The translations under genes were made by a program, and so were the position numbers. From IMG/VR virus record IMGVR_UViG_3300044546_000600, positions 10,590 to 74,589 of that record: 64,000 nt of DNA, one strand, 5' to 3'. The notes under the pieces were generated by a model. The model searched no databases. It had not been told where the DNA came from and worked only from the letters and a program-made list of their open reading frames with translations. This stretch comes from a virus (lineage: Duplodnaviria > Caudoviricetes). Every line of letters begins with the position of its first letter. Position 1 is the stretch's first letter. This document shows, in pieces, positions 16,317-26,552 of the stretch.

Positions 16317-19300
16317 CGTATATCTACATGGAGAGTTGCGTAATTTATTTGGAGAATGTTTTAAATTAAACATTAGCTCTCCAAAAGAAGTATTTTCGGC
16401 TATTAACGCGAATAAAAAAACTTTTGCTCATACTGTTAAAAAATTAGCTATCAAAGGAGTGCTATATAGAATTGTTATAGACGATGAAGTATTGAGCAAT
16501 CCTAAAGAGTTAGATGTTCAAAAAGCTCCAAAGGAAATGCACATCGTTCCTGTTGTTTGGGGAGCTGGAGGTAATTCAGGAGGTATATTGATGTTAGCTG
16601 CTGGCGTAGCCCTTGTAGCTATAACTGCTGGTGCTGCTGCTCCTGCTTTAGCTGGGGCAATGGGATTATCCGTAACAGCTGGAAGTGCAGCAGCTACAGC
16701 TGGAGCTGCGGTTGGGTCGTTGACCGCTTTAGGATCTGTTGTGGCCAGCGTAGGCGTTAGTTTAGCCATTCAAGGAGCAATGTCTCTTTTATTCCCACAA
16801 CCCAAACCAGACTTTAATCAAGAAGTAGCTGCTGGCGGCAAATCTTATCTTTTCGGTAACAAGCCTAGCAACGTATCTCAAGGACAAGCTGTTCCTGTTG
16901 GATACGGAAGATTGTTAATTGGCTCTTCACAAATTAGCGCAGCCACAAATCATCATCCATTAGCTACAGATATAAAACAGTTGATGACTCCTGTTGATAA
17001 GCCAATCAATGATTATACTGAGTTAGTTTCAGAAGATGAGGCTCCATCTCCTTATGGCTTAAACGCAGACGGATTCTCTACCAATCAATCAGCAAACGAT
17101 TCTGAAAGCCAAATTTTCTCAACTATTAATATATTAAATTCTTATATTAATGTCATTACAAGTTCAGCAGGAAAAGTTGCGACAGATCCAGTTGAAGTTG
17201 TGGTTACAACAAACGGAGAAACTGTATCTAATCCTGATTTATCTACATACAATCCTGATATTGTTTACGATTGGAAAGAGCTGTCGGCAACAAAGAAAGG
17301 AGCTGTTGCAATAGAAACTGCGTTCTCATTTCAAAATGGTTTAGCTTATAGATCATATAATCCAAATAAATTTGAACTAAAAACTAAATCGACAAACTCA
17401 GTAAACACTGCTGCTAATTATTTTGTACAATATCCGACGAACACTTTAGTAACATGGGGTCCAACAGAATTCGCTAATTTAAATTTTCCAACATTCGACT
17501 CTTCTTATAAATTTGTACGAAAAGAAATTACAAAATATCTTCAAACCAGTGATATAACAGCGGCGGCGAGATCAACTTTGACCGTCACGATTACAACGAA
17601 AACAGATCATGGTTTTGTTGTTGGAAACGTTGTAGATATATCTGGGTTAACTGGAACTACAAACGCTAACGGATTAAAAACAATAAAAACAACGGCAACG
17701 TCAAATACATTTACTTACGATTTAGTCAGCGGAACCTCTACGGAAACATATGCAGTAGCAAATTATCCAAAAGCTATTTTAACACGTTATTTTGTAGCGA
17801 CTCAATCAGGATATTTTCCTAAAAAAATCACCGCCGCATCAAGAAATTTAACTACTGTAACAGTAACAAGCTCATCTCACGGATTAAGCGTAGGTAACGT
17901 TGTTATTATTGAAGGCTTAACTGGAACAGTTTATCCAAGTGGAACAAGAACGATTACAGAAGTGACAACAGATACATTTAAATTCGTAATAACTGGCGCA
18001 ATTTCAACAGAAACTTACACAGTAGCCACAACAGCAAACGCTTTAATAGAAGTTCAACCGTTTCCAATAGTAAACAATGCCGTCAACACTTCTTTTTGGG
18101 CAGAAATAACACCGCCAACTCTTCAGTCAACGTTCAAAGCGCTAAAGCTTAATACTGGAGTTATACCAAATTTAGCAGCTTTAGGGGGCGATTGGGCTTC
18201 TGCTTGGTTAGAAGTCGCAGGACCAACCACTTCTCCAGCAAATAAAGCGGACCTTGATTCGCTAATTGATAATTTCCCAGCATATACTGTTCAAGGCGTT
18301 TATGATCAAGAATTGAACATGACTAACTTAAGAACGATAACAAGTTCAACTCTTGATAGAAATTCTTTAGATAATTACGCAATGGAATTTTACGGCTACT
18401 TGTATGTAGAGATAGACAAAACAAAAGTTATCAACTCTTACGACGCTCAACAAGGAATTACTTACGAAATCGTAAAGATAGGAGATACTGGACAATGGGC
18501 TGAATTAGGATTAACTGGAGCTGAAGGAGCGGCAATAATGCCAGAATTAGGAATGACATTCACCAAAAATGCAACTGTTCCATCTTCTTTAGGTAATGGG
18601 AAAATATATCCGGTCAATAAATATTCATTTAAAATAGACTCAGATGACGCTGCTGATCTTTACATTGATGGTCAGCTCGCAAGCTCTTTTTACGGAAATC
18701 ATGGATTTGATATGAATTTAGCTCAAGCTCCTGAAATAGCTGATTTAAGTTCAACAACTGAAGAAATCACTCTCACTCTTGGCTATCACCGTTTGTATGC
18801 AAGATTTCAAGATGGCATTGGTTCCGATGGTATTAGTTTATACAGCAAATCAAAATTAGATGGCGGCTCTTATTCTTCTTACGCATTAATCGCAAAAGAC
18901 AAATTATTTTATTCAGTTTTAAATGATTTGAATGTTTCTAAATCAGCAAAGTTTAGAAGTAAGGCGCTGCCCATTGCGGCGTCAGCTATGAAAGTCGGAA
19001 GAAAATACAAGATTATTACTTCTGGCACAACAAATTGGACAGCTATTGGCGCTCCATCTTCTTCCGTTGGAACAGTATTCTTTAAAACAGCAGGATCACC
19101 AACTGGTAGCGGCGGTTTTGTTTTTGAAGATTTGTTAAGTTACGCGCAACAAACTTCCGCTACTTCTAATCGGTTGGTTCGGTTTGTGTCGCAAAGACCA
19201 GCTTCTTCAAAATCAGGGCTTTCTGTTTATAACGCTCAATGGCAATGCTCTGCAAAAATAGGCGCTTTGGAATTAAAATCTGCACCAGTAAAAATTTCAA

Positions 19301-19395
19301 TAACATTTAATGCGACACTTGCTAATACATCTGCAAGAGCAGTAATAGATCCCGCGTTATCTTATAATGATCCAGCTATAAAACAAGAGAAATAA
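16309..19395 (+). CDS. gpI-like tail assembly protein with a large C-terminal accessory extension
   Basis: MTNVYLHGELRNLFG...IHIVP-like VWGAG, Gly/Ala-rich helices, SYLFG...QGQAVPVGYGRLLIGSSQISA; then two beta repeats and a PA14 domain. Confidence 0.85.
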   Translation: MTNVYLHGELRNLFGECFKLNISSPKEVFSAINANKKTFAHTVKKLAIKGVLYRIVIDDEVLSNPKELDVQKAPKEMHIVPVVWGAGGNSGGILMLAAGVALVAITAGAAAPALAGAMGLSVTAGSAAATAGAAVGSLTALGSVVASVGVSLAIQGAMSLLFPQPKPDFNQEVAAGGKSYLFGNKPSNVSQGQAVPVGYGRLLIGSSQISAATNHHPLATDIKQLMTPVDKPINDYTELVSEDEAPSPYGLNADGFSTNQSANDSESQIFSTINILNSYINVITSSAGKVATDPVEVVVTTNGETVSNPDLSTYNPDIVYDWKELSATKKGAVAIETAFSFQNGLAYRSYNPNKFELKTKSTNSVNTAANYFVQYPTNTLVTWGPTEFANLNFPTFDSSYKFVRKEITKYLQTSDITAAARSTLTVTITTKTDHGFVVGNVVDISGLTGTTNANGLKTIKTTATSNTFTYDLVSGTSTETYAVANYPKAILTRYFVATQSGYFPKKITAASRNLTTVTVTSSSHGLSVGNVVIIEGLTGTVYPSGTRTITEVTTDTFKFVITGAISTETYTVATTANALIEVQPFPIVNNAVNTSFWAEITPPTLQSTFKALKLNTGVIPNLAALGGDWASAWLEVAGPTTSPANKADLDSLIDNFPAYTVQGVYDQELNMTNLRTITSSTLDRNSLDNYAMEFYGYLYVEIDKTKVINSYDAQQGITYEIVKIGDTGQWAELGLTGAEGAAIMPELGMTFTKNATVPSSLGNGKIYPVNKYSFKIDSDDAADLYIDGQLASSFYGNHGFDMNLAQAPEIADLSSTTEEITLTLGYHRLYARFQDGIGSDGISLYSKSKLDGGSYSSYALIAKDKLFYSVLNDLNVSKSAKFRSKALPIAASAMKVGRKYKIITSGTTNWTAIGAPSSSVGTVFFKTAGSPTGSGGFVFEDLLSYAQQTSATSNRLVRFVSQRPASSKSGLSVYNAQWQCSAKIGALELKSAPVKISITFNATLANTSARAVIDPALSYNDPAIKQEK

Positions 19396-19396
19396 G

Positions 19397-20299
19397 ATGA
19401 AAATATTAAATCCATTAAGATTTATAAAAGGAGCTGGTGGAAGCAAACCACCTGTGCCAGCTCTTGTTCCGCCTCCTGATAAACAAAATTTAAAGAAATC
19501 AATATCTATATACGAGTGTGTAGATTTGATTTGTGAAGGACCAATCTATGGACTAGTAGATCAATATGGTAAAAAGGTTTATGGTTTAGATATGTTGAAA
19601 GGTATATATCTTAACGGAAATGCCGTAATGAACTATAAAGGCGAGTATAATTATAGAAACGTCATGATGGAGATTAATTTTGGCACCGAAAATCAAAAAC
19701 CATTAGTTAATTTTAAAAATGTTCATATCGCAAAACCAGCTAATTTTAAGTTACTTGGTCCAATAACTACTGAACAAGATGTAAGAGCGAATCCAAACGG
19801 AGGAGAAGCAAGAAACTTTACAAAATGGGCTATCAACTCAGAAGGATGGCCAGATAAAGCACAAGATCCTTATTTATTTGTCCATAAAATTAAAAACAGA
19901 GATGTCAAAAAATTAAAAGTGAGTTTAATTGTAGAAGCTTTGATGGATACGGTTGACCAAGGCAAAGGGGCGGGCATAGCTGGAGAAATGGGTATGAGTA
20001 AATCATCAAGTTTAGATTTGATATTTAAATGGGGAGTAGAAGGAAGTTCTGTTTATTCTTCAAAACGAATTCCAATTTCAGGATTAGTTCAAAGTCCTTG
20101 GGCTTATATGATTGGAAATGGAAGCACAAGCTATACTCAAGCGCCTTCAACTTACAGCGCTGGAGCAAGTTCTTCTAATCCTTTTGCAAACGGAGGTAAC
20201 GGAGCAACTATATCAGTAAATTATTCATCTAATTCATTCCCCGAAATTAGAGTGCATAGTGCCGCTGATGTAATCATATCTAATGAATTCCAAACTTAA
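19397..20299 (+). CDS. gpJ-like central tail fibre, N-terminal part
   Basis: DLICEGPIYGL, IYLNGNAV, NFGTENQKPL, KLKVSLIVEAL, ISGLVQSPW, resembling the N-terminus of lambda J. Confidence 0.75.
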   Translation: MKILNPLRFIKGAGGSKPPVPALVPPPDKQNLKKSISIYECVDLICEGPIYGLVDQYGKKVYGLDMLKGIYLNGNAVMNYKGEYNYRNVMMEINFGTENQKPLVNFKNVHIAKPANFKLLGPITTEQDVRANPNGGEARNFTKWAINSEGWPDKAQDPYLFVHKIKNRDVKKLKVSLIVEALMDTVDQGKGAGIAGEMGMSKSSSLDLIFKWGVEGSSVYSSKRIPISGLVQSPWAYMIGNGSTSYTQAPSTYSAGASSSNPFANGGNGATISVNYSSNSFPEIRVHSAADVIISNEFQT

Positions 20300-20302
20300 C
20301 CA

Positions 20303-20857
20303 ATGCCTATTATAAGAACAGTTCAAGAAGATAAAGCGTTAAAAATTAAACCTAGAAATTATTCTAGCGTATTGTCGTTGATAAATTTTTTAACTAAACG
20401 CAAGATGGTCGATTATACTCCCAAAGCAGTAGTCAGATTAAATTATACCGCTAGTTCAATTGGAACTGGAGCTGGAGCATCTAAAATATTTAACGAGTTT
20501 TCTCCCACAAGCTACGTAAAAGGTACACCAATAACAATTAGCGGCACTGCGACATATTTATTATCGCAAGGAGCTAACACCACGCTAATGCCAGCTACTA
20601 AAATAGTAGCTCAAATAGATGTATCTAGAACAACCTCTACTTATCCAGCTTACCAAGTAGAAGCAGCAGCGACTCAAATAGAAACGAACGGCAACTTCAG
20701 TTTCACAATTCCAGCGGAAATTACATCTAAACTGGCAGTTGGAAGTCATTCTGTTTATGTAAATGCAGCTTCGCCAGACAATGCTATGATAGTTTTAACC
20801 GCCACTGGCGGAAATGCAACCAATAACATTAGAACATTTGCAATAACAGCGCAATAA
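20303..20857 (+). CDS. Ig-like beta protein lying between the two J parts
   Basis: TPITISGTA...GNFSFTIP...LAVGSHSVYVNA Ig-like pattern; in frame with the upstream ORF after a single TAA. Confidence 0.7.
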   Translation: MPIIRTVQEDKALKIKPRNYSSVLSLINFLTKRKMVDYTPKAVVRLNYTASSIGTGAGASKIFNEFSPTSYVKGTPITISGTATYLLSQGANTTLMPATKIVAQIDVSRTTSTYPAYQVEAAATQIETNGNFSFTIPAEITSKLAVGSHSVYVNAASPDNAMIVLTATGGNATNNIRTFAITAQ

Positions 20858-20870
20858 ACTATAATAATTT

Positions 20871-23800
20871 ATGTCACACGAACCAGACGATCAAACTGAT
20901 CACGGAGGAAATGGAGTTATTAATCCAGTATCAGTATCTATTTCTACCGATAACGAAGAAATTATATTGCCAGATTCGTTTAATGGCAGAGATAGATATT
21001 TGACTATTGAGAAACTTACGCCAGAAACTATTTCTCCGTTAGTCAAAAGAGATCTTAGCGTAGAGTCAGTCATCGAGATTGTTGATAGAAGCTTCTCGTA
21101 TCCAATGACAGCTCATGCTGGATTAAAATTTGATTCAAGAACGTTCTCCAGTCCTCCTAAAAGAGAATACGACGTAAAGATGAAGAAGGTAAAGATTCCT
21201 TCTAATTACTATCCTTTGGGCGGCAACGGTTTGGATCGTCGTTATGTTTACGCTAATCCAGATTATGATGGAAATCCAAATGATTTGGATGTTATCTTCA
21301 TGGTAGATCAAAACATGGATTTTGCTACACGTTCTCTTTTAAGTAGAAACTTGAAAGACATGATTACGAAAATCATTTCTGGATACAAGTATGTCAGATT
21401 TTCTATTTGGGAAACAAAAGCAAGTGGTTCTTATGTAATAAACGAATCGACAAAGGATTCAGTATCATATTTTGGAGCTTACCTTGGAGACGAAACATTT
21501 ACAGAACTTGAAACACCAGATTCTACAGGAGCGAATCAAACCAATTTATACAAGAAGCTTTACGATGCTTTGGATTTTTCTAAAAAAATTACAGTTGCTA
21601 GCGAAAACATCGCAGAAACAGTTATCGCAAATTTCTTTTTAAGAAAGAGTCAGTTCAGTATCAGTGATCAAGTAGGAAAAACTTCAGAATCTAATGTAAC
21701 TAAGCGTCTTTGGATAAACACAGTAAGAAAAGTAGTTTATTTCTCTGGAACAGTTCCAGAAGTAATGTCTCCTGAAACATACGATACTTTACTATCTCAC
21801 GCAAGAGAAAACTGCATTAACTTTTATTATTTACATAGCGATCAAAATTTCAGTGGAACGAGAACGTTAAGAGAATTGTCAGAAGACACTGGTGGCGGAA
21901 AATTCTGCATGATTAACGACGCTGACTCTAAGTTAAGTCAGTTTTGCGATTCTAATTTTTACGATAGCAATAAAATTTACTATGGTAATTGGGACGGAAC
22001 ATTTAAAATTGGCTGGACAGATAATCCTGCTTGGATTTTATACGACATTATCACTGATCCTAATTATGGTTTAGGTAATTATATTGATTCGTCTTCTGTT
22101 GATAAGTGGAATCTTTATGATATTGGCCGTTACTGCGATGGCGTTGATGATGATGGAAGATTTAAAGGCGTGCCAGATGGTCAAGGAGGACTTGAGCCAA
22201 GATACACCTGCAACATTATCTTCTATAACAAAGATCAAGCTTATAATATCTTAAAAGATATTGCCGCAATCTTTAAAGGCATTGTGTTTTGGAACACAGA
22301 AGGATTCTCTTTCTTTGTTGATAGACCAAAAGAGCAGTTAATGAATTTCAGCAACTCTTCTGTTAAGGACGGAGTATTTAACTATACGGAAACAGCAAGA
22401 AATATGCGTTACACTTCTGTTGAAGTGACTTACAACGATAGATACGATTCTTATAAAACAAAAATCGAATACATTGAAGATACCGATGGTATCAGAAAAT
22501 ATGGTTTAAATCCATTTAAAATTAACGCTGCTGGTTGCACTTCTAGATCAGAAGCAAAGAGAATTGGCAGATACGTCATTAGCACTTCTATATTTGAGGT
22601 TGATACCGTTAGCTTCGTTGGAGGCTTGGAAGCGGCTTATCTTCAACCCGGCGACTTGTTCACCGTAAGTGACGAGATTAGAAACGTCGCAAGAACATTC
22701 GGGCGCATATTAGAAGTCGATGCTAACGCTTCAACGATTAAAATCGACGGAGAATTTAAAGATGGTTTAGATTCTGGGATTTTCGTTCATATTCCATCTG
22801 GAAATTATGCAGTTTCAGACTTAAACGCTTTAACTGGTGAAGACGGAGGATTCACAGGTACGCTTGAACAAATTAGAGCGAGACGGCAAACTCAAGTGAA
22901 GAAGCTTAATATATCTGGCTATAATAATGCTGGATATGGCTCTGTAATCACTGTTACAGGAGAATTCTTATTGAAGTCTGCAATCGTTGACGTACACGCA
23001 ATCGAAGAAAGAATATCGGGATCGCCAACGCAGGGGCAAACGGTTTTGAGCGGAATTCCTTATCAATTTCCAGCAAATACTGTAGCTTCTGGTAATCCAA
23101 GATGGGATTCTCTAACATTTAGCAATATCTCTGGAGTCTTTTCTGATTTAGAGGTTGATATAGATACAGTTGGAGCAGCAACATATGGTCAAATTATTGA
23201 CTCAGTAGGAACTTGGACTGGAGTTGTTTCTTATGGAATTGGCACAACAAGCGAAGTGACGGTTAATAATTCTTCAGTAGCTACTGCCACTTCAGAAATT
23301 AGAGCGGTAAGATTAAGTTCTGCTGGAGCTTTAATTACTGGATCTGCAATATCTTCATTGAATGATTTATGGAGCCACGCAGTATTTACAGGAGCTTCTA
23401 ACGGAGACGTTATTATTGTTCTTTCAAATGGATCACAAATCAGTAATTCGTTTACTCCAAGCTCCACTTGGAATACTTACGCAGCAACAGAAGTATTTAA
23501 AATTGGAAGATCGCATAATGGTTCTTCTTCTGCGTTTGGATATTGTGCGGCATTGATCAAAGGCGGAACCAGAATCTTAGAAAGAGCATCCAAGACTCTA
23601 AATGATATTGGAAGCATTAAATTTATATACAGAGACTTGCTAGCAATGAGCAAGCTCCAACCATACTATACAATAGTTCAAGCAGATATTGGTAATCAAC
23701 AACAGTCTAGCTTTTCTGCTTGGAAGCCTAACATCAATTACAAAAGAGGCGTTTACGTTCAGGTAGATTCAAAACCATATTATGCAAAAGTAGATCATGT

Positions 23801-26552
23801 TTCGTCTGCTAGTTTTACTGATGATTATTTATCAGCCACGCCCACTTTTTCAAAATGGTCGCTTGGAAGTAATTTAGGTTACTCTACAGTAGGATTTCCT
23901 AAAGACTTCTTTGGTAAAAACAAAGTTTTGGTTTCGGGATCTTTAACAACAGCTCATGTTGTTGACGCATTTAATTCTATCGGAATTGAAATGTACGAAG
24001 GACCGGGTCCTTTGGGTCAAACTGATCTTCGGAATCTAGCGGAAATAGATGGAATTGGTTACAGCGGATTAATTTATGGAACTGGTTATCCAATTGGATT
24101 CTATAATTTAGACTTGAGCACAAGTCCGCAAAACTTAAATTCATTAGAACCCGGTGGTCTTTATGTATTAAGTGGATCTGGTGTTGAACCTAAGTTTTAC
24201 AAAACAATAGCGACCAAAGAAGAAGAGGCGAATCTTTATGGGATTGTTGGACTAGAATATCATCCAAACAAAGAAGATTATGTAGAAAGAGAAATTGATG
24301 ATACTTCATCTACTATCTATGTAAAATCACCTTACGATATTATTCTGAAACCAGAAGAGCCAACGAACCTGCTTTACAATGGTATCTACGGAGGAACGGG
24401 AATTTCTTTATCTTGGACTGCTTCAACAACTGATGTTGCTGATTTTACTGGATATAAAATATATGTTAGCAGACCAGATTACTCTACTACTCATGATTCA
24501 GCTTTGACTGAATTTTATTTCGTTCCTAAAACAGCGTTGAGCACTGGCATTCCAATCAACGACATTTATGGTCAATACGACATTGATGTTTACACGCAAG
24601 GAAAAGCGCCGTATAAATTCTTGTCTCGTTCTGCGGCTTCTAAAACATTCCATGTTCTTCCAGCATCGACGTTAACAGTTTATTCTGATGGAGCTAACCG
24701 TTCAGTGGATAGGGTACTAGTGACTGGAATGAGAGTCGATACGGCTGACGTAAAGAGTTTAGGATATAATGTGATTTGGTATCCAAGAGAAGATCAACCT
24801 GTAGCAACTAGACAAACTACATTGGTCGGATACGGACAAGGTAATTTTACCTCTTCCGATGTCACTTTCAGATGGAGATATATAGATCCAACAGGAGGAG
24901 TTATTTCCACTGTAGAGAAAATGCGGAACAATCCTTTCATGTCGTTCCCGCCGAACGTAAAAATTGAAGTATTAGATATAGGCGGTAACGTTTTAGAAAG
25001 CGTAGAAAATTATCAAGGATTATCTTACAGAATCGACCAAGACGCTAATAAAAGATTAACGAGCAGAGAAACGGTTGATTATAAAAACGTCCTTCCAACT
25101 AGAAATCTTTCTTTAAGAGTAACAGTTAAAGGAGTAAATGACTTAGACAGTTACGGCAGATATAATTCTTTTAATGTTTTGCCAGAATATGATAATATTC
25201 AAGTGATTGATTCTTTCCAAGACTCTCCTTATTACGTATTGTCTGGATTCTTCGGAAACACCCAAGGAGTTAAATTGGCTGTATGGAATAGCGGTCAGGA
25301 TAACGTAGTTACTGGTTCTGGAATTAGAGGCGCTGATTCACTATTAATCAGAAGCGAAACAGGAGAAATAACATACGAAAATATTGTAGAAGCGTTTAAA
25401 TCTGCTGATGGATTTGACGGAGTAGGAGAAGGCTCTGTCAGAACTGTCCTAGCAAGGCCAGCAGGAGATGGCATTACGATCAATTATAGAGGTTCTGATC
25501 CTGATTATACTGCCTACGTCAATTACTACGAAGATTTGGCTAAATATTACGACAACAACGTTAATAAATCAACTTCAAAGGAAGTTTGGGGTCAAGAACA
25601 TTACAGCCAATACGGACTTAACGAAGGCCGCGAATTATTTAAGCTAAACGATGGAACATTCGGCGATGCTGACTTAAATCTAGTACCTTCCGATAAGGTA
25701 GGATTCTCTGGATTAAGTATTACGGTGTTTCCAGAAGCTGTGTCGTATAACGAACTTGTATTTAACTGTCATTCTCCAACATCAAACAAAGACGTATATA
25801 AAGTTGATATATATAGCGGCGATTCTGCTGCTTTCACACCAGATACAACTGATTTTACAAACCTTCATAAAGAACAAGGACTTAATGAAACTAGAGCTTA
25901 TGTAAATACTATCAGGCTTTCAAGTTCAACTATCGAAAGAAATAAATGGTACTACTTTAAATTTCAACCTTATGATGATTTCGGCAAAGGGGTAATGTCC
26001 ACTGTCGTTAGCGGCTACCTAGAAGACAAAGTTGATAAAGCTCCAATTTCAAAACCTGTTGATTTCCGTTTAAATGGAGGCGCTGATCAAAACGATGAGA
26101 TTTTAGCAAGTCAAATGGCTCAAGCCAGCAATAAAAATTTAAAATTTAAAATTGTGAGCTTTGGAACTGATGTTAATTGGACTGCGTTAGGAGCTACTAC
26201 AGTACTTATTGGATCAGAATTTAAATACTCTGGAACAGCTTATAGTGGAACAGGCGGAACCGTAAAAAGAGTGGAAGAAGTTGTAGCTTTAACAGAAAAA
26301 GAAACCGAGGCTCTTTTAAATATGAAAGCGGAAACAAAATCTACTGTAACAGTACCAGAAGACATAGAAGAAGGCTCATCATACAACATGATGAACAACG
26401 GAAAAGAGGATATTTATATAAAAACATCCTCTGCTGCTGGTTCTGCTGGTGGCAAAACAATAACTATTCTTAAACCCGGTGAAAGAACCGAGATTATTAG
26501 AATAGGAGATGAATGGATTGATTCAAGAGGCGATAATCTTTACTTGGATTAA
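20871..26552 (+). CDS. gpJ-like central tail fibre / tip attachment protein, main part
   Basis: SYPMTAHAGLKFD, KIPSNY, WDGTFKIGWTDNPAWILYD, EPRYTCN, AGCTSRSEAKRIG, QPGD, and an FN3-like segment (PEEPTNL...LSWT). Confidence 0.9.
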   Translation: MSHEPDDQTDHGGNGVINPVSVSISTDNEEIILPDSFNGRDRYLTIEKLTPETISPLVKRDLSVESVIEIVDRSFSYPMTAHAGLKFDSRTFSSPPKREYDVKMKKVKIPSNYYPLGGNGLDRRYVYANPDYDGNPNDLDVIFMVDQNMDFATRSLLSRNLKDMITKIISGYKYVRFSIWETKASGSYVINESTKDSVSYFGAYLGDETFTELETPDSTGANQTNLYKKLYDALDFSKKITVASENIAETVIANFFLRKSQFSISDQVGKTSESNVTKRLWINTVRKVVYFSGTVPEVMSPETYDTLLSHARENCINFYYLHSDQNFSGTRTLRELSEDTGGGKFCMINDADSKLSQFCDSNFYDSNKIYYGNWDGTFKIGWTDNPAWILYDIITDPNYGLGNYIDSSSVDKWNLYDIGRYCDGVDDDGRFKGVPDGQGGLEPRYTCNIIFYNKDQAYNILKDIAAIFKGIVFWNTEGFSFFVDRPKEQLMNFSNSSVKDGVFNYTETARNMRYTSVEVTYNDRYDSYKTKIEYIEDTDGIRKYGLNPFKINAAGCTSRSEAKRIGRYVISTSIFEVDTVSFVGGLEAAYLQPGDLFTVSDEIRNVARTFGRILEVDANASTIKIDGEFKDGLDSGIFVHIPSGNYAVSDLNALTGEDGGFTGTLEQIRARRQTQVKKLNISGYNNAGYGSVITVTGEFLLKSAIVDVHAIEERISGSPTQGQTVLSGIPYQFPANTVASGNPRWDSLTFSNISGVFSDLEVDIDTVGAATYGQIIDSVGTWTGVVSYGIGTTSEVTVNNSSVATATSEIRAVRLSSAGALITGSAISSLNDLWSHAVFTGASNGDVIIVLSNGSQISNSFTPSSTWNTYAATEVFKIGRSHNGSSSAFGYCAALIKGGTRILERASKTLNDIGSIKFIYRDLLAMSKLQPYYTIVQADIGNQQQSSFSAWKPNINYKRGVYVQVDSKPYYAKVDHVSSASFTDDYLSATPTFSKWSLGSNLGYSTVGFPKDFFGKNKVLVSGSLTTAHVVDAFNSIGIEMYEGPGPLGQTDLRNLAEIDGIGYSGLIYGTGYPIGFYNLDLSTSPQNLNSLEPGGLYVLSGSGVEPKFYKTIATKEEEANLYGIVGLEYHPNKEDYVEREIDDTSSTIYVKSPYDIILKPEEPTNLLYNGIYGGTGISLSWTASTTDVADFTGYKIYVSRPDYSTTHDSALTEFYFVPKTALSTGIPINDIYGQYDIDVYTQGKAPYKFLSRSAASKTFHVLPASTLTVYSDGANRSVDRVLVTGMRVDTADVKSLGYNVIWYPREDQPVATRQTTLVGYGQGNFTSSDVTFRWRYIDPTGGVISTVEKMRNNPFMSFPPNVKIEVLDIGGNVLESVENYQGLSYRIDQDANKRLTSRETVDYKNVLPTRNLSLRVTVKGVNDLDSYGRYNSFNVLPEYDNIQVIDSFQDSPYYVLSGFFGNTQGVKLAVWNSGQDNVVTGSGIRGADSLLIRSETGEITYENIVEAFKSADGFDGVGEGSVRTVLARPAGDGITINYRGSDPDYTAYVNYYEDLAKYYDNNVNKSTSKEVWGQEHYSQYGLNEGRELFKLNDGTFGDADLNLVPSDKVGFSGLSITVFPEAVSYNELVFNCHSPTSNKDVYKVDIYSGDSAAFTPDTTDFTNLHKEQGLNETRAYVNTIRLSSSTIERNKWYYFKFQPYDDFGKGVMSTVVSGYLEDKVDKAPISKPVDFRLNGGADQNDEILASQMAQASNKNLKFKIVSFGTDVNWTALGATTVLIGSEFKYSGTAYSGTGGTVKRVEEVVALTEKETEALLNMKAETKSTVTVPEDIEEGSSYNMMNNGKEDIYIKTSSAAGSAGGKTITILKPGERTEIIRIGDEWIDSRGDNLYLD

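Noticed and set aside
16518-16769. Ala/Pro-rich minus-strand ORF
   Set aside because: Shadow of the Gly/Ala-rich part of gpI; the same applies to the many short antisense ORFs inside nrdA, dnaE, dnaB, clpC and the cyclase
19397-20871. Alternative genetic code explaining the split J gene
   Set aside because: Both breaks are TAA, the third part is in another frame, and conserved genes are intact under code 11 while ending in TAA, TGA or TAG
20140-20871. Group I intron or homing element inside J
   Set aside because: The insert is almost entirely open reading frame with an Ig-like product; I saw no HNH, GIY-YIG or LAGLIDADG motif or recognisable P-Q-R-S core. An Infernal search would settle it
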